Below are positions 49,174 to 58,885 of a DNA stretch of 64,000 nt, one piece after another. The notes below the pieces were generated by a model, which was not told where the DNA came from, did no database searches, and was given only the letters and a program-made list of their open reading frames with translations. This DNA is from Dehalococcoidia bacterium. GTDB lineage: Bacteria; Chloroflexota; Dehalococcoidia; Lucifugimonadales; JADFKI01. The stretch spans positions 515,844 to 579,843 of the forward strand of contig OY730226.1 in assembly GCA_963422525.1 (NCBI GenBank), in the 5' to 3' direction. The first letter of the stretch is position 1. Every line of letters starts with the position of its first letter. The position numbers and the translations under genes were made by a program.

Positions 49174-49701
49174 CTACTTCCACATGAAATCAAAACGACG
49201 ATAAGGGAACAGAACTTTCTGATCCGGGTGGTTACTCGTCAACAAATCAGTTTCAACCATTGTCGGTATATTATTATCTCCCGAAGTTGCCATTAATCTC
49301 TTTCTAGCATCAGCGTCTTGTTTCCACGCTATGATTGATATTACTGTGGCAGCAATAGTTAAGACGAGTGCAAGGTAATATGCAGCAGCGAAAGCAGACC
49401 ATGTGTCAATCACAATGCCGACGCTCACAAGAAATAGTCCTACAATAATAAAGCAGGTTGAAGTTCGCCTAGCTGCGAATGCTAAACCGGCGCCTATGTA
49501 GAGCAATATCCCATTTATGACCGCAAGAAGCCCAGCCCCGATTACCTCATCAGTAGTAGAGCCTTCGCTGGAGGAGTCAAGATCCAAATCAAATGCTTCA
49601 TCCAAATCTTGCGCAGCCAGCCCGACACAAGCCGCAGCGCACCCACCGAACAGCAGCAATGTCGCTGCAAGAACTCCAAGCAGCAGAATGGCTATGTTCA
49701 T
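49174..49701 (-). CDS. Hypothetical membrane protein inserted between nuoD and nuoH
   Basis: Four hydrophobic segments, lower GC, AGGAG RBS. Confidence 0.65.
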   Translation of the reverse strand: MNIAILLLGVLAATLLLFGGCAAACVGLAAQDLDEAFDLDLDSSSEGSTTDEVIGAGLLAVINGILLYIGAGLAFAARRTSTCFIIVGLFLVSVGIVIDTWSAFAAAYYLALVLTIAATVISIIAWKQDADARKRLMATSGDNNIPTMVETDLLTSNHPDQKVLFPYRRFDFMWK

Positions 49702-49783
49702 AGGTCTCCTCTATGATGGATTTCAGTGTGATATGGTTGCTCTCAACCTATAGTAGGTGACCGGTAGTAGGTGACCGCCGCCT

Positions 49784-50908
49784 TCATCTGTCCACCTCGC
49801 CCAGTATGATGTCTATCGAACCTAGTATGACTACAGCATCGGCGACATAGGCGTCCCGGAGCATGTGCTTGAACGCTTGAAGGTTGGCGAAAGACGGCGC
49901 GCGCACCTTGACGCGATAGGGCTTGTCGCTGCCGTCGCTGACGAGGAAGACGGCGAAATCGCCGCGCGGCGATTCGGTTCGCACATAGACCTCGCCCTTT
50001 GGCGGACGCGCTATGCGCCGCACATTCGCCATTATCGGCCCATCCTCCATCTGCGCCATCGCCTGCTCGATGATTCGCATGGACTGCCGCATCTCCTCCA
50101 CACGCACATAGTACCTGTCCCAGCAGTCGCCGTATGTGCCGACGGGTATGCCGAAGTCGAAGCGGTTGTATATGCTGTATGGTTCCGATATGCGTACATC
50201 CTCCGGCGCTCCGGTTGCGCGTAGGGCCGGTCCTGTGAGACCGTAGTCGAGGGCGTCCTCTGCGCTGATTGCGCCGATGCCCTTCGTGCGCGCCAGAAAC
50301 ATCTCGTTCTGCGACAGCAGCTCGTCGCACTCGGCGATGCCTTGTTTCAGCTGCTCTGTGAGGCGGTGCATGCGCTGCGCAAAGTCGGCGGGCAGGTCGT
50401 CTTTTACGCCGCCAACGCGGAAGTAGTTGTGCATCATGCGCGCGCCGGTAACGCTCTCAAACAGCTCCTGTATGCGCTCACGCTCGCGGAAGCCGTACAG
50501 CACGGGCGTCATAGCGCCCACATCCAGCCCATAGACGCCGTAGAAGAGCATGTGGCTTGCGATGCGGTTTAGTTCGGCTAGGATGACGCGGATGTGCTCG
50601 GCGCGTTCAGGGACATCGATTCCCATCAGCTTCTCTGCTGCAAGCACGAATGCAAGCTCGCAGTTGAGGTTGCCCACATAGTCGAGGCGGTCGAACAGCG
50701 TGATGACTTGGCTGTAAAGTTCGCCCTCGCACAGCTTCTCAGAGCCGCGATGCAGGTAGCCTATATGCGGCTCGGCGCGCACGATGCGTTCGCCGTCAAT
50801 CCAGATGACGACGCGAAAGACGCCGTGCGTGCTTGGATGCTGCGGCCCCATATTGACCATGAGGTCGAGAGCGTCGGCTTGTTCTGTTGGCTGTTGTTGG
50901 ACTTGCAT
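49784..50908 (-). CDS. nuoD: NADH-quinone oxidoreductase subunit D
   Basis: NMGPQHPSTHGVFR, GYLHRGSEK, GEVDR motifs. Confidence 0.96.
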   Translation of the reverse strand: MQVQQQPTEQADALDLMVNMGPQHPSTHGVFRVVIWIDGERIVRAEPHIGYLHRGSEKLCEGELYSQVITLFDRLDYVGNLNCELAFVLAAEKLMGIDVPERAEHIRVILAELNRIASHMLFYGVYGLDVGAMTPVLYGFRERERIQELFESVTGARMMHNYFRVGGVKDDLPADFAQRMHRLTEQLKQGIAECDELLSQNEMFLARTKGIGAISAEDALDYGLTGPALRATGAPEDVRISEPYSIYNRFDFGIPVGTYGDCWDRYYVRVEEMRQSMRIIEQAMAQMEDGPIMANVRRIARPPKGEVYVRTESPRGDFAVFLVSDGSDKPYRVKVRAPSFANLQAFKHMLRDAYVADAVVILGSIDIILGEVDR

Positions 50909-50946
50909 TGGCGTTTTGGTGGGCGGTATGTCGGTTGGTCAGTATT

Positions 50947-51480
50947 CTACCATTCATCATAGTCGTGAAACGGAAAACTCTTGCGTCCTGGAAAGCCTTC
51001 GAAGCCGTCGTACAGCAGCAACGGCGACAGATCGGGGTGTCCGTCGAAGACTACGCCGAAGAGGTCGTGCGCCTCGCGCTCGAACCAGTTCGCGCCGCGC
51101 CATACGGATACGATTGAGGGCACATTCGGCGCATCCGGCGACACACTCGTCTTCACCACGAATTTGTGCCGCTTGTCCAGCGAGAACAGGTGATAGTTCA
51201 CCTCAAGGCGCTCCACATAGTCCACGACGGACAGGCATCGCAGGTAGCCGCAATCGATTTTGGCATGCTGGCGGGCAATGCGGCACACGGCCGGCACATC
51301 CTTAGGCAGCGCCGTGAGGGTTACCTCGTCCACGGCGGCGGCGATCTCCACATCGAAGTCGGCGAACACATGCGTGAGTAGCTCGGACAACGCCTCGCCG
51401 CGCTCATCAAGCGCAACCGGCGCAGTCGGTATCACAGGCTCGCGGCGCTGGCGTCGGGGACGATTGGACGGCGTTGTCAT
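50947..51480 (-). CDS. nuoC: NADH-quinone oxidoreductase subunit C
   Basis: ANWFEREAHDLFGVVFDGHPDL motif. Confidence 0.93.
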   Translation of the reverse strand: MTTPSNRPRRQRREPVIPTAPVALDERGEALSELLTHVFADFDVEIAAAVDEVTLTALPKDVPAVCRIARQHAKIDCGYLRCLSVVDYVERLEVNYHLFSLDKRHKFVVKTSVSPDAPNVPSIVSVWRGANWFEREAHDLFGVVFDGHPDLSPLLLYDGFEGFPGRKSFPFHDYDEW

Positions 51481-51572
51481 CTCGGTTCACCCGTTGGGGG
51501 GCTAACATGGATGGACAGGGCGCCGGGGGATAGCCCCTACCGCTTATCTCTCCCCCGGAGGTGAAGGCGATA

Positions 51573-52106
51573 CTATTCGGCGCTGTCGTGTTTGGCGTCC
51601 TGCCGTATTTTCTCTTGGAGCTGCATCAAGCCATACATCAACGCCTCCGGTCGCGGCGGGCAGCCGGGCACATACACATCAACCGGAATGAGGTGATCAA
51701 CCCCCATTACTACCGAGTATGAGCGGTAGTAGGGCCCGCCGTTGGTGGCGCAGCTTCCCATGGCGACTACCCACTTGGGATCCGGCATCTGTTCGTATAG
51801 CAGCTTGATAGGGTCTGCCATCTTCTTGACGACCGTGCCGGCGACAATCATCACATCCGCCTGTCGCGGCGAGGGCCATGTAACGATACCGAAGCGGTCG
51901 AGGTCGTGATGCGACATGTGCGCGCTCATCATCTCGATGGCGCAGCATGCCAGGCCGAACGACAAGGTCCACAGCGATGACTTGCGCGCCAGCGCGAAAA
52001 GTTCGTCTGATTTGGCGACGACGGCGTTCGGCAACGCGCGATGCAAAACGCTGTCAGCCGGCGAGTTGCCCTTGCCGGGTTCGTAGCCGAGACCGAGTGG
52101 TTTCAT
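51573..52106 (-). CDS. nuoB: NADH-quinone oxidoreductase subunit B
   Basis: [34 protein letters not shown]; ATGA overlap with nuoA. Confidence 0.95.
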   Translation of the reverse strand: MKPLGLGYEPGKGNSPADSVLHRALPNAVVAKSDELFALARKSSLWTLSFGLACCAIEMMSAHMSHHDLDRFGIVTWPSPRQADVMIVAGTVVKKMADPIKLLYEQMPDPKWVVAMGSCATNGGPYYRSYSVVMGVDHLIPVDVYVPGCPPRPEALMYGLMQLQEKIRQDAKHDSAE

Positions 52107-52471
52107 CTCCAATGCAGCACTCCCTTTCGCCAGCCATATACCACGCCGAAGAACAGGATTGCGATGAAGATGAGCATCTCGTAGAAGACTGCCGGGATGG
52201 TATCCAAGAAGACGATTGCCCATGGGAAGAGGAATACCGCCTCAACATCGAAAATCAGAAATAGGATGGCGAACACATAGTAGCGGATCTGGATTTGCGA
52301 CCAGCGGAAAGGCGCAGGCTCAATGCCGCACTCATAGGGGATGTCTTTGATTGCCGACGGACGCTTGGGCGCGATGATATACGAGGCGATGAACATGGCG
52401 ATGACCGCAGCCGCGCCGACGCCCGCCACGATGAGCGCCGCAGTCCAGTTCACCGCATATTCTTCAGGCAA
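52103..52471 (-). CDS. nuoA: NADH-quinone oxidoreductase subunit A
   Basis: [20 protein letters not shown] motifs. Confidence 0.95.
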   Translation of the reverse strand: MPEEYAVNWTAALIVAGVGAAAVIAMFIASYIIAPKRPSAIKDIPYECGIEPAPFRWSQIQIRYYVFAILFLIFDVEAVFLFPWAIVFLDTIPAVFYEMLIFIAILFFGVVYGWRKGVLHWR

Positions 52472-52711
52472 ACCGTCCCTCCCGATGCCGAGTTAGAGGA
52501 TATGGTTATGGTAGCATCGGTTTCAGCAGGGTGTCAATTTGCGTAGGTAGCCTCATGTTGGCATGGCGCGGCTTCTTAATCGTCCGGTTACACGGGCGTA
52601 CAGTGGTTGTGCTGGCGGGACAGACGAAAAGAGCGCCTGTAACAAATTGAACGGGCGCATTAGTTCTGATAGTATTGGATTATGTGAATTCTCCAATCCA
52701 GGGGGTGGCGG

Positions 52712-53152
52712 ATGCCGTTTGAGAGGGGCCCATACCTTTCGGTAGCTACATTCTGCGAACAGGTTATAGAGGACAAATCGGGGACATTATCTCTGATTCG
52801 CATAGTGGACAGGTTAAGTGTTACTGCCCAAGGTTCAGATGCGCCTGAAGAAATGCCAGAATCAAATTTTAACTGGACTTTCGTACTGGCGCTGAAATCA
52901 GGTGAAGCGCGGGGCTCGCACGAGATTAAAATCGTGCCTGAATTACCGTCAGGTGAAATGCTGCCGCCCTCAATTTTGAGTATTCACCTTGAAGGCGGAA
53001 ATAGGGGGGCTAACTTAATTTCCAAGTTTGATATGCCCCTGACAATGCCGGGTGTGTACTGGTTCAAGATATACTTGGGCGGCGAGTTTCTCACCCAGAT
53101 GCCATTAGAGGTGATATATTCCAGGATTGTTCCACCGGAGACGCAGTTTTGA
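52712..53152 (+). CDS. Hypothetical protein (DUF6941-like beta-sandwich)
   Basis: FCEQVIEDKSGTLSLIRIVD...PGVYWFKIYLGGE pattern. Confidence 0.55.
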   Translation: MPFERGPYLSVATFCEQVIEDKSGTLSLIRIVDRLSVTAQGSDAPEEMPESNFNWTFVLALKSGEARGSHEIKIVPELPSGEMLPPSILSIHLEGGNRGANLISKFDMPLTMPGVYWFKIYLGGEFLTQMPLEVIYSRIVPPETQF

Positions 53153-53468
53153 CGGGCATTAAGTTGCGAGACGAAGAAGCGGACGATACCACAATCTTTT
53201 GAGTCTTGGGAACGAAATATCTTGAACGCGTCTCTTTGGCGACGAAATCTGATGCCTCGCGCGCAAACTCAATCTCTTCCCGGAAGCCTTCAAGCACATC
53301 GGTAGAGAGTAGCTCGAATAATCCCAAAACCTTCTGCCCGTCGGAGTCCAATTCAGGATCATCCCAGTCCACACTTGCCAGCCACATATAGCAATCGGAC
53401 AGCGTTTTCCAGCCAGAAAGGTACGCAGTCAGAATATCAGCCAACTCCTTTTTCAATTCTTCGTTCAT
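53091..53468 (-). CDS. Hypothetical protein
   Basis: 125-aa acidic ORF in low-GC island. Confidence 0.5.
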   Translation of the reverse strand: MNEELKKELADILTAYLSGWKTLSDCYMWLASVDWDDPELDSDGQKVLGLFELLSTDVLEGFREEIEFAREASDFVAKETRSRYFVPKTQKIVVSSASSSRNLMPVKTASPVEQSWNISPLMASG

Positions 53469-53497
53469 TTCTTATCTTCCTTCCGTTGGAGCGGTTT

Positions 53498-53791
53498 GTG
53501 GCTAAGATTCCTACTCGTAAGGTGTCTCGAGAATGTATCGACTCATTGTTTGAAAAATTTGGCATCTGGGACATGATTCAAGATGGGCGTTTGACGACCG
53601 AACCAATTGACAAAACGATTGCACGTTCCACGACATACGTGAACGCTGCTTCCCAAATCATAAAACACCGCACTATTGACGGTAATCACCTCGCTACAAC
53701 TCATCGGGTCGCTGACAATGATGATGGCCATGTCCACCATTGGGACGCAAAGGACATCGTAATAAATGGCATCCGTCTGGTCCGTCCTTGA
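53498..53791 (+). CDS. Hypothetical protein
   Basis: GTG start after GGAG; His-rich C-terminus (ATTHR..HVHHWDAK). Confidence 0.5.
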   Translation: MAKIPTRKVSRECIDSLFEKFGIWDMIQDGRLTTEPIDKTIARSTTYVNAASQIIKHRTIDGNHLATTHRVADNDDGHVHHWDAKDIVINGIRLVRP

Positions 53792-53852
53792 GGACCTCTG
53801 CATTGATAGAACTAAAAATGATTCTTTAGATGGGCTTGCATTATAACAGACC

Positions 53853-54281
53853 TCACCCCCGTACGCTCTTCACAAACCGAAAGTGAAAGTTCGCCCCAAG
53901 GCAGCTCACGCCGCACCGCTTTCGCCCGCCTATGTTGTCCACGCTCACCAGCCGCGCGTCATCCACCGCTCCGCCCCAGGTCGGGTCTGCGTCCACGGCA
54001 GCTTCCACGCTGCTTGCGCCCGACGGGTCGATGAATGCGTTAAGCGCTCTGAACGCCTGCTGAGCGTCCGCCGCCGCCACCAGCGTCTCGACGCGCATCG
54101 TGCCCATAAGCGCGCCGCCGCCGAGCGTCTCTATCGTCTTGCGCGTTTCCAGCCGCACAATCGCTGCCGGAAGCTGATGCATCGTATCGGGCGCATGGTC
54201 GAACACTCGCAGCCCTTCGATTGCGGACAGCGCCTTCACTAACCCTTGCTTCGCTTCGTTTATCTCGTTCGCCATCGGCAT
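53853..54281 (-). CDS. Phage tail-completion/terminator-like protein
   Basis: IEGLRVFD..PD...PAAIV, SVEAAVDADPTWGGAVDD; position after the connector gene. Confidence 0.6.
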   Translation of the reverse strand: MPMANEINEAKQGLVKALSAIEGLRVFDHAPDTMHQLPAAIVRLETRKTIETLGGGALMGTMRVETLVAAADAQQAFRALNAFIDPSGASSVEAAVDADPTWGGAVDDARLVSVDNIGGRKRCGVSCLGANFHFRFVKSVRG

Positions 54282-54338
54282 TCCTCACATGGTTGTCAGT
54301 TCACAAGTCGTCAATCATTAGCGCTCTTCCTGCGCAAT

Positions 54339-55181
54339 TCAGTGGATCCCGAGCGCCGGCTTGCGGTACGAGCTGAGCAGCAGCGCGATGTCGGCGTCCA
54401 TGCTGTCGCGCGCTACCTGCTGCGCCGCCGCTCCCACGAGTGCGCCCTGCCACATGCGCGCCACAAGATGCAGCGCCGCTTCCGTTACAGGCGCCGGGTA
54501 CTCATAGATGTCGATTGCGCTATCAACGGTGATTGCGGCGGCAGTCGTGCCGTTGACGCCGCGCTCCGCCGTGAGAGCGCCGCCCGCGCGTGCCCGCGCA
54601 TAGATCTGCTCGTCGCCGATTAGCAGCGTATGACCTGCCGATATCTGCATCTCGTCGGCTGATTGTGCGGACAGCGTAAGCGTCATAGCGGAAGCATCGG
54701 CGGCAACTGCGACGGTCTGCGTTATGCGCCGCAGCCGCAGCCACCATCCCCAATGCCCGCTCACCTCCACATTGTCGCGCCTACGCGGAAAGCGTATTTT
54801 GCCGCCGGAAGTCCCCGTTGCCAGTATCTGCGTGTAGGGCCGAGAGTTCGGGTTGTCCGCAGAGGCCGGAGCGGCGTCTGCCGGCAGCAGACGATAGTCG
54901 GCGGCGTTCCACTGCGTCGCGAATTCGCCGTTGCCGCTGTCGTAGGTCCGCAAGCCGCCGCCGTCCACGCTTACCAGGTCCGGCACCCCTATCGTCTCCT
55001 TGCCGCCGCCGCCGAAGCGCAGCGTAGCCTTGCGCACGAAGAAGTGTCGATTGCACCAGCCGTCTATGACCCTGCTTGACGCTTCCGCCAGGCTGAGCAG
55101 CCTGCTATCGTGGTTCGTCCCTGTAATGTTCAGCGCCGATGCGCCCTTCAGCGCATCCAGCGTTATGTATGCATTCGTCAT
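54339..55181 (-). CDS. Phage head-tail connector (gp6/gp15-like) protein
   Basis: NAYITLDALK...D..L....EASSRVIDGWCNRHF and C-terminal PAPVTEAAL...LLSSYRK. Confidence 0.75.
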   Translation of the reverse strand: MTNAYITLDALKGASALNITGTNHDSRLLSLAEASSRVIDGWCNRHFFVRKATLRFGGGGKETIGVPDLVSVDGGGLRTYDSGNGEFATQWNAADYRLLPADAAPASADNPNSRPYTQILATGTSGGKIRFPRRRDNVEVSGHWGWWLRLRRITQTVAVAADASAMTLTLSAQSADEMQISAGHTLLIGDEQIYARARAGGALTAERGVNGTTAAAITVDSAIDIYEYPAPVTEAALHLVARMWQGALVGAAAQQVARDSMDADIALLLSSYRKPALGIH

Positions 55182-55296
55182 TTTGAGCGCCTCTTCGAGA
55201 GCTGGGAGGATAGACGGGATAGACAGGCGGATAAACACAGGCGGGATGGACAAGATAATCTGCTTTCCTATTCCGTCCATCCCGTTAGTTTCGCTC

Positions 55297-56772
55297 TTAC
55301 GCCAAGCTGATGTTGTGCTGCAAGCCCGTATGAGTTGCCGAGCTACGTGTGCCGCTGCGTTCCACCAGCGCATGGCGGAAGCTGACGGTTACGACCGTCT
55401 GCCGCTTCTGCGTGTCGCGGTCAACATCTATCATGAGTTCGCGGCGGAAGCCCTGCGCCCACTGTGTGCGGTTCACCAGCAGCAGCCTCCCCTTCGTGTT
55501 CGACGAGGCGCCGTCCGTCACCTTGCCATCCGCGTCTGCCAGCGGCATCTGCTCCGACACGATGACAGGTATGCCCTCCACCGCCCCCAACATCCCCGTC
55601 AGCGCCGTCGCGTTCGGACCTAGCTTATCCATCGTCCTGAACTGCTCGACCGACTGCGTGCGGATGAAGGTGTTCACATCCATAATCCACGCGAGCTGCG
55701 AAGGTCTTGCGCCGTACTTGCCCAGTTTGGCGCGCAGCTTGTTGAACATATCGTCTGACACTGTGGCGTTATGGTTGATTGCCTGCGCCGTGTTATCTAC
55801 CAGCGGCAGGTGCAAGATGCCATCGTAGCCGAGCAGCCAGTGCGCCTTGCCGGCAGAACTTGTCGTGACGGAAGCGCCGTCGGCGTTGATATTGTTGACG
55901 GTGGTCGTGTCGGCATTCAGTACGATGTCGTCTAGCACCTCAGCGACATTGCGCACCAGCCCCGCCCGTATCTCCGGCAGCATGGCGATTACGCCGTCCT
56001 CTTCCAACGTGAAACTGTACGGCACATGCCCTACCAGCTCATACGCCGTCAGCGTCGTCCTGCCCGTAGTGAGCGCGGTGGGCGTCGTGGCGGCGTTCTC
56101 CGCGCCCGGATAGAAGCTCACATCACCCAATTGCCGCGGCACCTCGAACGGGTTCGACGGCATAGGGAATGTCGGGATGATAGGCGCGATCAGTGTCTGC
56201 AAGTTCACATCCTGCCAGAGTTCCCGCGCTTCCAGCGTCGCCACCAGCTCGTCGCCGCTGCCTGCCGTAGCGCTGTCCATTGCCGCGCGTGTCATTGTGC
56301 CCAGCAATTGGTGGCTGAACCCTTGAAACTGCCCCGTGTCCCTAGAATCGACCTGAAACCAGCGTTCGAGCCGTCGCTTCGCCGCAGAGTGCGACGCCTG
56401 AACATCGGCAGGCGTGATGCTCGCCGCAAGCAGTCGCTTCGCCTCCTCCGCGCGGGCAATCCATGCCGCAGCGAACCCCTCGCGTCGCTGCGAGTGCGCG
56501 AACCGCCGCATCAGCCCCAGGTCGAAGATGTCCATCCCGGCGTATGCGCCCGAAGGCACGGTCGGCAGCGCCTCCTCCTGCGCGTAGCTGCTCAGAGCGC
56601 TGCGACGCAGACTGCGTTCGCGCTGCGTCGCGGCGTTCACCGACTTTCGCACGCGCTCCGTCTCCTCGCGCAGCAGCCCCACATCCCGGCTCATCGGCTC
56701 GAAGCGCTCCCGCACGAAGGTATTGATGTCAACCAAGTCTTTCTTGATTGCCTCGATATCCGTGGTAGTCAT
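55297..56772 (-). CDS. HK97-fold major capsid protein with N-terminal delta-like extension
   Basis: AMDSATAGSGDELV, EDGVIAMLP, VLDDIVLNAD, G.VEGIPVIVSE motifs. Confidence 0.82.
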   Translation of the reverse strand: MTTTDIEAIKKDLVDINTFVRERFEPMSRDVGLLREETERVRKSVNAATQRERSLRRSALSSYAQEEALPTVPSGAYAGMDIFDLGLMRRFAHSQRREGFAAAWIARAEEAKRLLAASITPADVQASHSAAKRRLERWFQVDSRDTGQFQGFSHQLLGTMTRAAMDSATAGSGDELVATLEARELWQDVNLQTLIAPIIPTFPMPSNPFEVPRQLGDVSFYPGAENAATTPTALTTGRTTLTAYELVGHVPYSFTLEEDGVIAMLPEIRAGLVRNVAEVLDDIVLNADTTTVNNINADGASVTTSSAGKAHWLLGYDGILHLPLVDNTAQAINHNATVSDDMFNKLRAKLGKYGARPSQLAWIMDVNTFIRTQSVEQFRTMDKLGPNATALTGMLGAVEGIPVIVSEQMPLADADGKVTDGASSNTKGRLLLVNRTQWAQGFRRELMIDVDRDTQKRQTVVTVSFRHALVERSGTRSSATHTGLQHNISLA

Positions 56773-56892
56773 TGCGATACTCCTTATCTAGCGCTGCTTG
56801 GCAGCGCTTCTTGAAATCCCTTCCCTCTACGGGGGAAGACTAAGATAGCCGTGAAAATGTCGGGTCAAGATGTGTTCAGCCCCTTATCCCCG

Positions 56893-57501
56893 TCACTCAG
56901 GTGGTCCACACAGCGCATCCCGCAATTGCGCTGTCAACGCCCGAATCTCTGTGAAATCTGCCGAGCGCGGCTGCTCATCGAGCAGCGAGTGGAGCATGCG
57001 CCGGTGCGATTCGCGCAGCGCGTCCGGGTCTGCCGGCACCGAGACGATCGACCATTCCAGCAGCTCGGCGCGCGTATCCCGCAGAATGCCACCCTCAGCA
57101 GGCTTGCTCTCCAGCGGCAGCCAGCTTATCGACGCCGCTTGCAGGAACCCCTTGTCCCAAGCGTTGCGGATTCGCTGAGCGAAGGCGTCGTCTTCCAGAA
57201 ACTCGAACTCCGCAACGATGCCGCCTTCCGGCGAGCGGCTTATGCTCAAAGTTTTGCCGATTGGCAGCCCGCCCGACGGCGACCGCCCTACCGAGTCGTG
57301 CGCCCACATCACCACCGGATTGCGGCGATAGTTGTCGAACTGCAGCCCATTAAGGTCGAGTTCAGGCGCAGTGCGCGCCCTGTCGTTCGCGGCGATGGTA
57401 ACGCTGCGCCTGCTCACACCCACACTTCCCATCTTCAAAACGTCCATGCTCATTGACCGTGCCTTCTTCTCCGGATTGTTCACTGCTTCCCCCATTCTCA
57501 T
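56893..57501 (-). CDS. HK97-family prohead protease
   Basis: NYRRNPVVMWAHD, PIGK, GFLQAASISW, ELLEWSIVSVPADPDAL motifs. Confidence 0.88.
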   Translation of the reverse strand: MRMGEAVNNPEKKARSMSMDVLKMGSVGVSRRSVTIAANDRARTAPELDLNGLQFDNYRRNPVVMWAHDSVGRSPSGGLPIGKTLSISRSPEGGIVAEFEFLEDDAFAQRIRNAWDKGFLQAASISWLPLESKPAEGGILRDTRAELLEWSIVSVPADPDALRESHRRMLHSLLDEQPRSADFTEIRALTAQLRDALCGPPE

Positions 57502-57581
57502 TTGGATGCTCCGTCCGTCAGCTAATACCGCTATCCTGCCCGACTGGCTGCCTCGCAGGCTGCCCGACTGGCAAACTCGCT

Positions 57582-57636
57582 AAACACAAAAGCCCCCGAT
57601 TTGCGGGACCGTCTTCGGCCACGAAATCGGGGGCTT
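57582..57636 (-). terminator. Terminator/attenuator hairpin in the leader of the capsid operon
   Basis: AAGCCCCCGAUUU...AAAUCGGGGGCUU followed by UUGUGUUU. Confidence 0.7.
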
Positions 57637-57689
57637 CCTCGCCCTCTAAGGCAGGCTCCATCACGGAGCGGTTATTGAATTATGCGGGT

Positions 57690-57718
57690 ATGTTAGCGCT
57701 AATGTTTTACGGTGTCAA
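57690..57718 (-). promoter_or_regulatory. Sigma70-type promoter of the capsid operon
   Basis: TTGACA-17 nt-TAACAT. Confidence 0.65.
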
Positions 57719-57766
57719 TGGAGAAGATCCGCGCAGGGGCATATTCCTAGCGCATAGGCGATGCGT

Positions 57767-58885
57767 TTAATCTGAACCCAATTGCCAGATGTCTTGAAGC
57801 ACAATGCGATTACCGGTGCGAAGTCCGGCGATGACCACTTCTAAATCCCACATCGGGCGCACAATATCATTCATCATACCTTCGGGAACTTCTATGCTAT
57901 GTATCGTTTGTTCCTGATCAATAATCCCGATAGTGTTGCTACCCTGCTTGTGAATAGCGTCGGCGTGGCGAAGTCTTCCGCGTAATTCTACATTTTCAGC
58001 TTGCGACGATGATGGTTCCTTGGACAAGAGCAAAGGAATTTGAGACGAGTTTTTGGTAACTTGAACGAAGCGTTCAACCCCGTTTCTGATGGTTGTGAAG
58101 CCTACCTGATGAATTTCTTTCCCGTCCGGGGCTATCTTCTTTACTAGTCCAACGAAGTTTACGCGATATGCAGAGTCTGGGATTCGTCTCTCAATATCTG
58201 CAAATTTGAGATTATCTGCAAGTTCCATCAAATCCATAAACTCATCTATAGTCTCCTCAGTACCCAAGGTATTTGGAAATGATGACTGTTTGGGACTGCT
58301 AAATTTCATTGTAATTGCAAAACTTGCAGCCCTTGGAACGGAAATATGAGGTTCGTAGATTCGCTTTATTTCATTGTCAATTCTTCCACGCTCTCTGAAC
58401 GGGAATCCTTTTTTCCGCTCGGCGATCCGATATATTAATTTTGAAGCGTTATTGATACGTTTCGTAAATTCGCTAAGGTTCACTAAGCCGTAACCCACAG
58501 CCTGGCCGGAGAGGCTCAGTTGGAATTCGTCGTGGTTTAAGACGACGCCTTTCAGTTCAAGGTGTCTTTGGAAGTTAGCTTGTTCCAGATCGTCTCGTAA
58601 TTCTTCCGCGATCGCGAAAGGTGGTTCTTGCGCCAAGGCTTTTGCAACCAATTGCTCGGCTAGACGCAGTTGTCCGCAATCCAATGCAAGTGTTGCTGCG
58701 CTACGATGCAGCACAGAAAAGGTCGGCTCGACCGGCTCGTCCAATTCTGCGATGGCGGCGAGTTCGCTCTTTAGCGCTTGCTCAAACATCTCAGCCGCTC
58801 TGTCTATGTTTCCGCGCGCTCTTTCCATAAGAGCGACTGACGAGAAGTCCATTGCTTCGTCATGCAATTTGTTGATAGCGCTCAT
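57767..58885 (-). CDS. Hypothetical protein with TPR-like helical N-terminus
   Basis: LHDEAM...FEQAL..E..A....EPTFSVLHRSAATLALDC; ATGA-coupled to the upstream gene; low GC. Confidence 0.65.
   Translation of the reverse strand: MSAINKLHDEAMDFSSVALMERARGNIDRAAEMFEQALKSELAAIAELDEPVEPTFSVLHRSAATLALDCGQLRLAEQLVAKALAQEPPFAIAEELRDDLEQANFQRHLELKGVVLNHDEFQLSLSGQAVGYGLVNLSEFTKRINNASKLIYRIAERKKGFPFRERGRIDNEIKRIYEPHISVPRAASFAITMKFSSPKQSSFPNTLGTEETIDEFMDLMELADNLKFADIERRIPDSAYRVNFVGLVKKIAPDGKEIHQVGFTTIRNGVERFVQVTKNSSQIPLLLSKEPSSSQAENVELRGRLRHADAIHKQGSNTIGIIDQEQTIHSIEVPEGMMNDIVRPMWDLEVVIAGLRTGNRIVLQDIWQLGSD

Noticed and set aside
53853-57501. Complete prophage or encapsulin nanocompartment
   Set aside because: No integrase, terminase, portal, tail or lysis genes; prohead protease and connector genes argue against an encapsulin
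57630-57670. GUGAUGGAG in the capsid leader resembles the start of a fluoride riboswitch
   Set aside because: Lacks the matching pseudoknot partner and the downstream genes are not fluoride related
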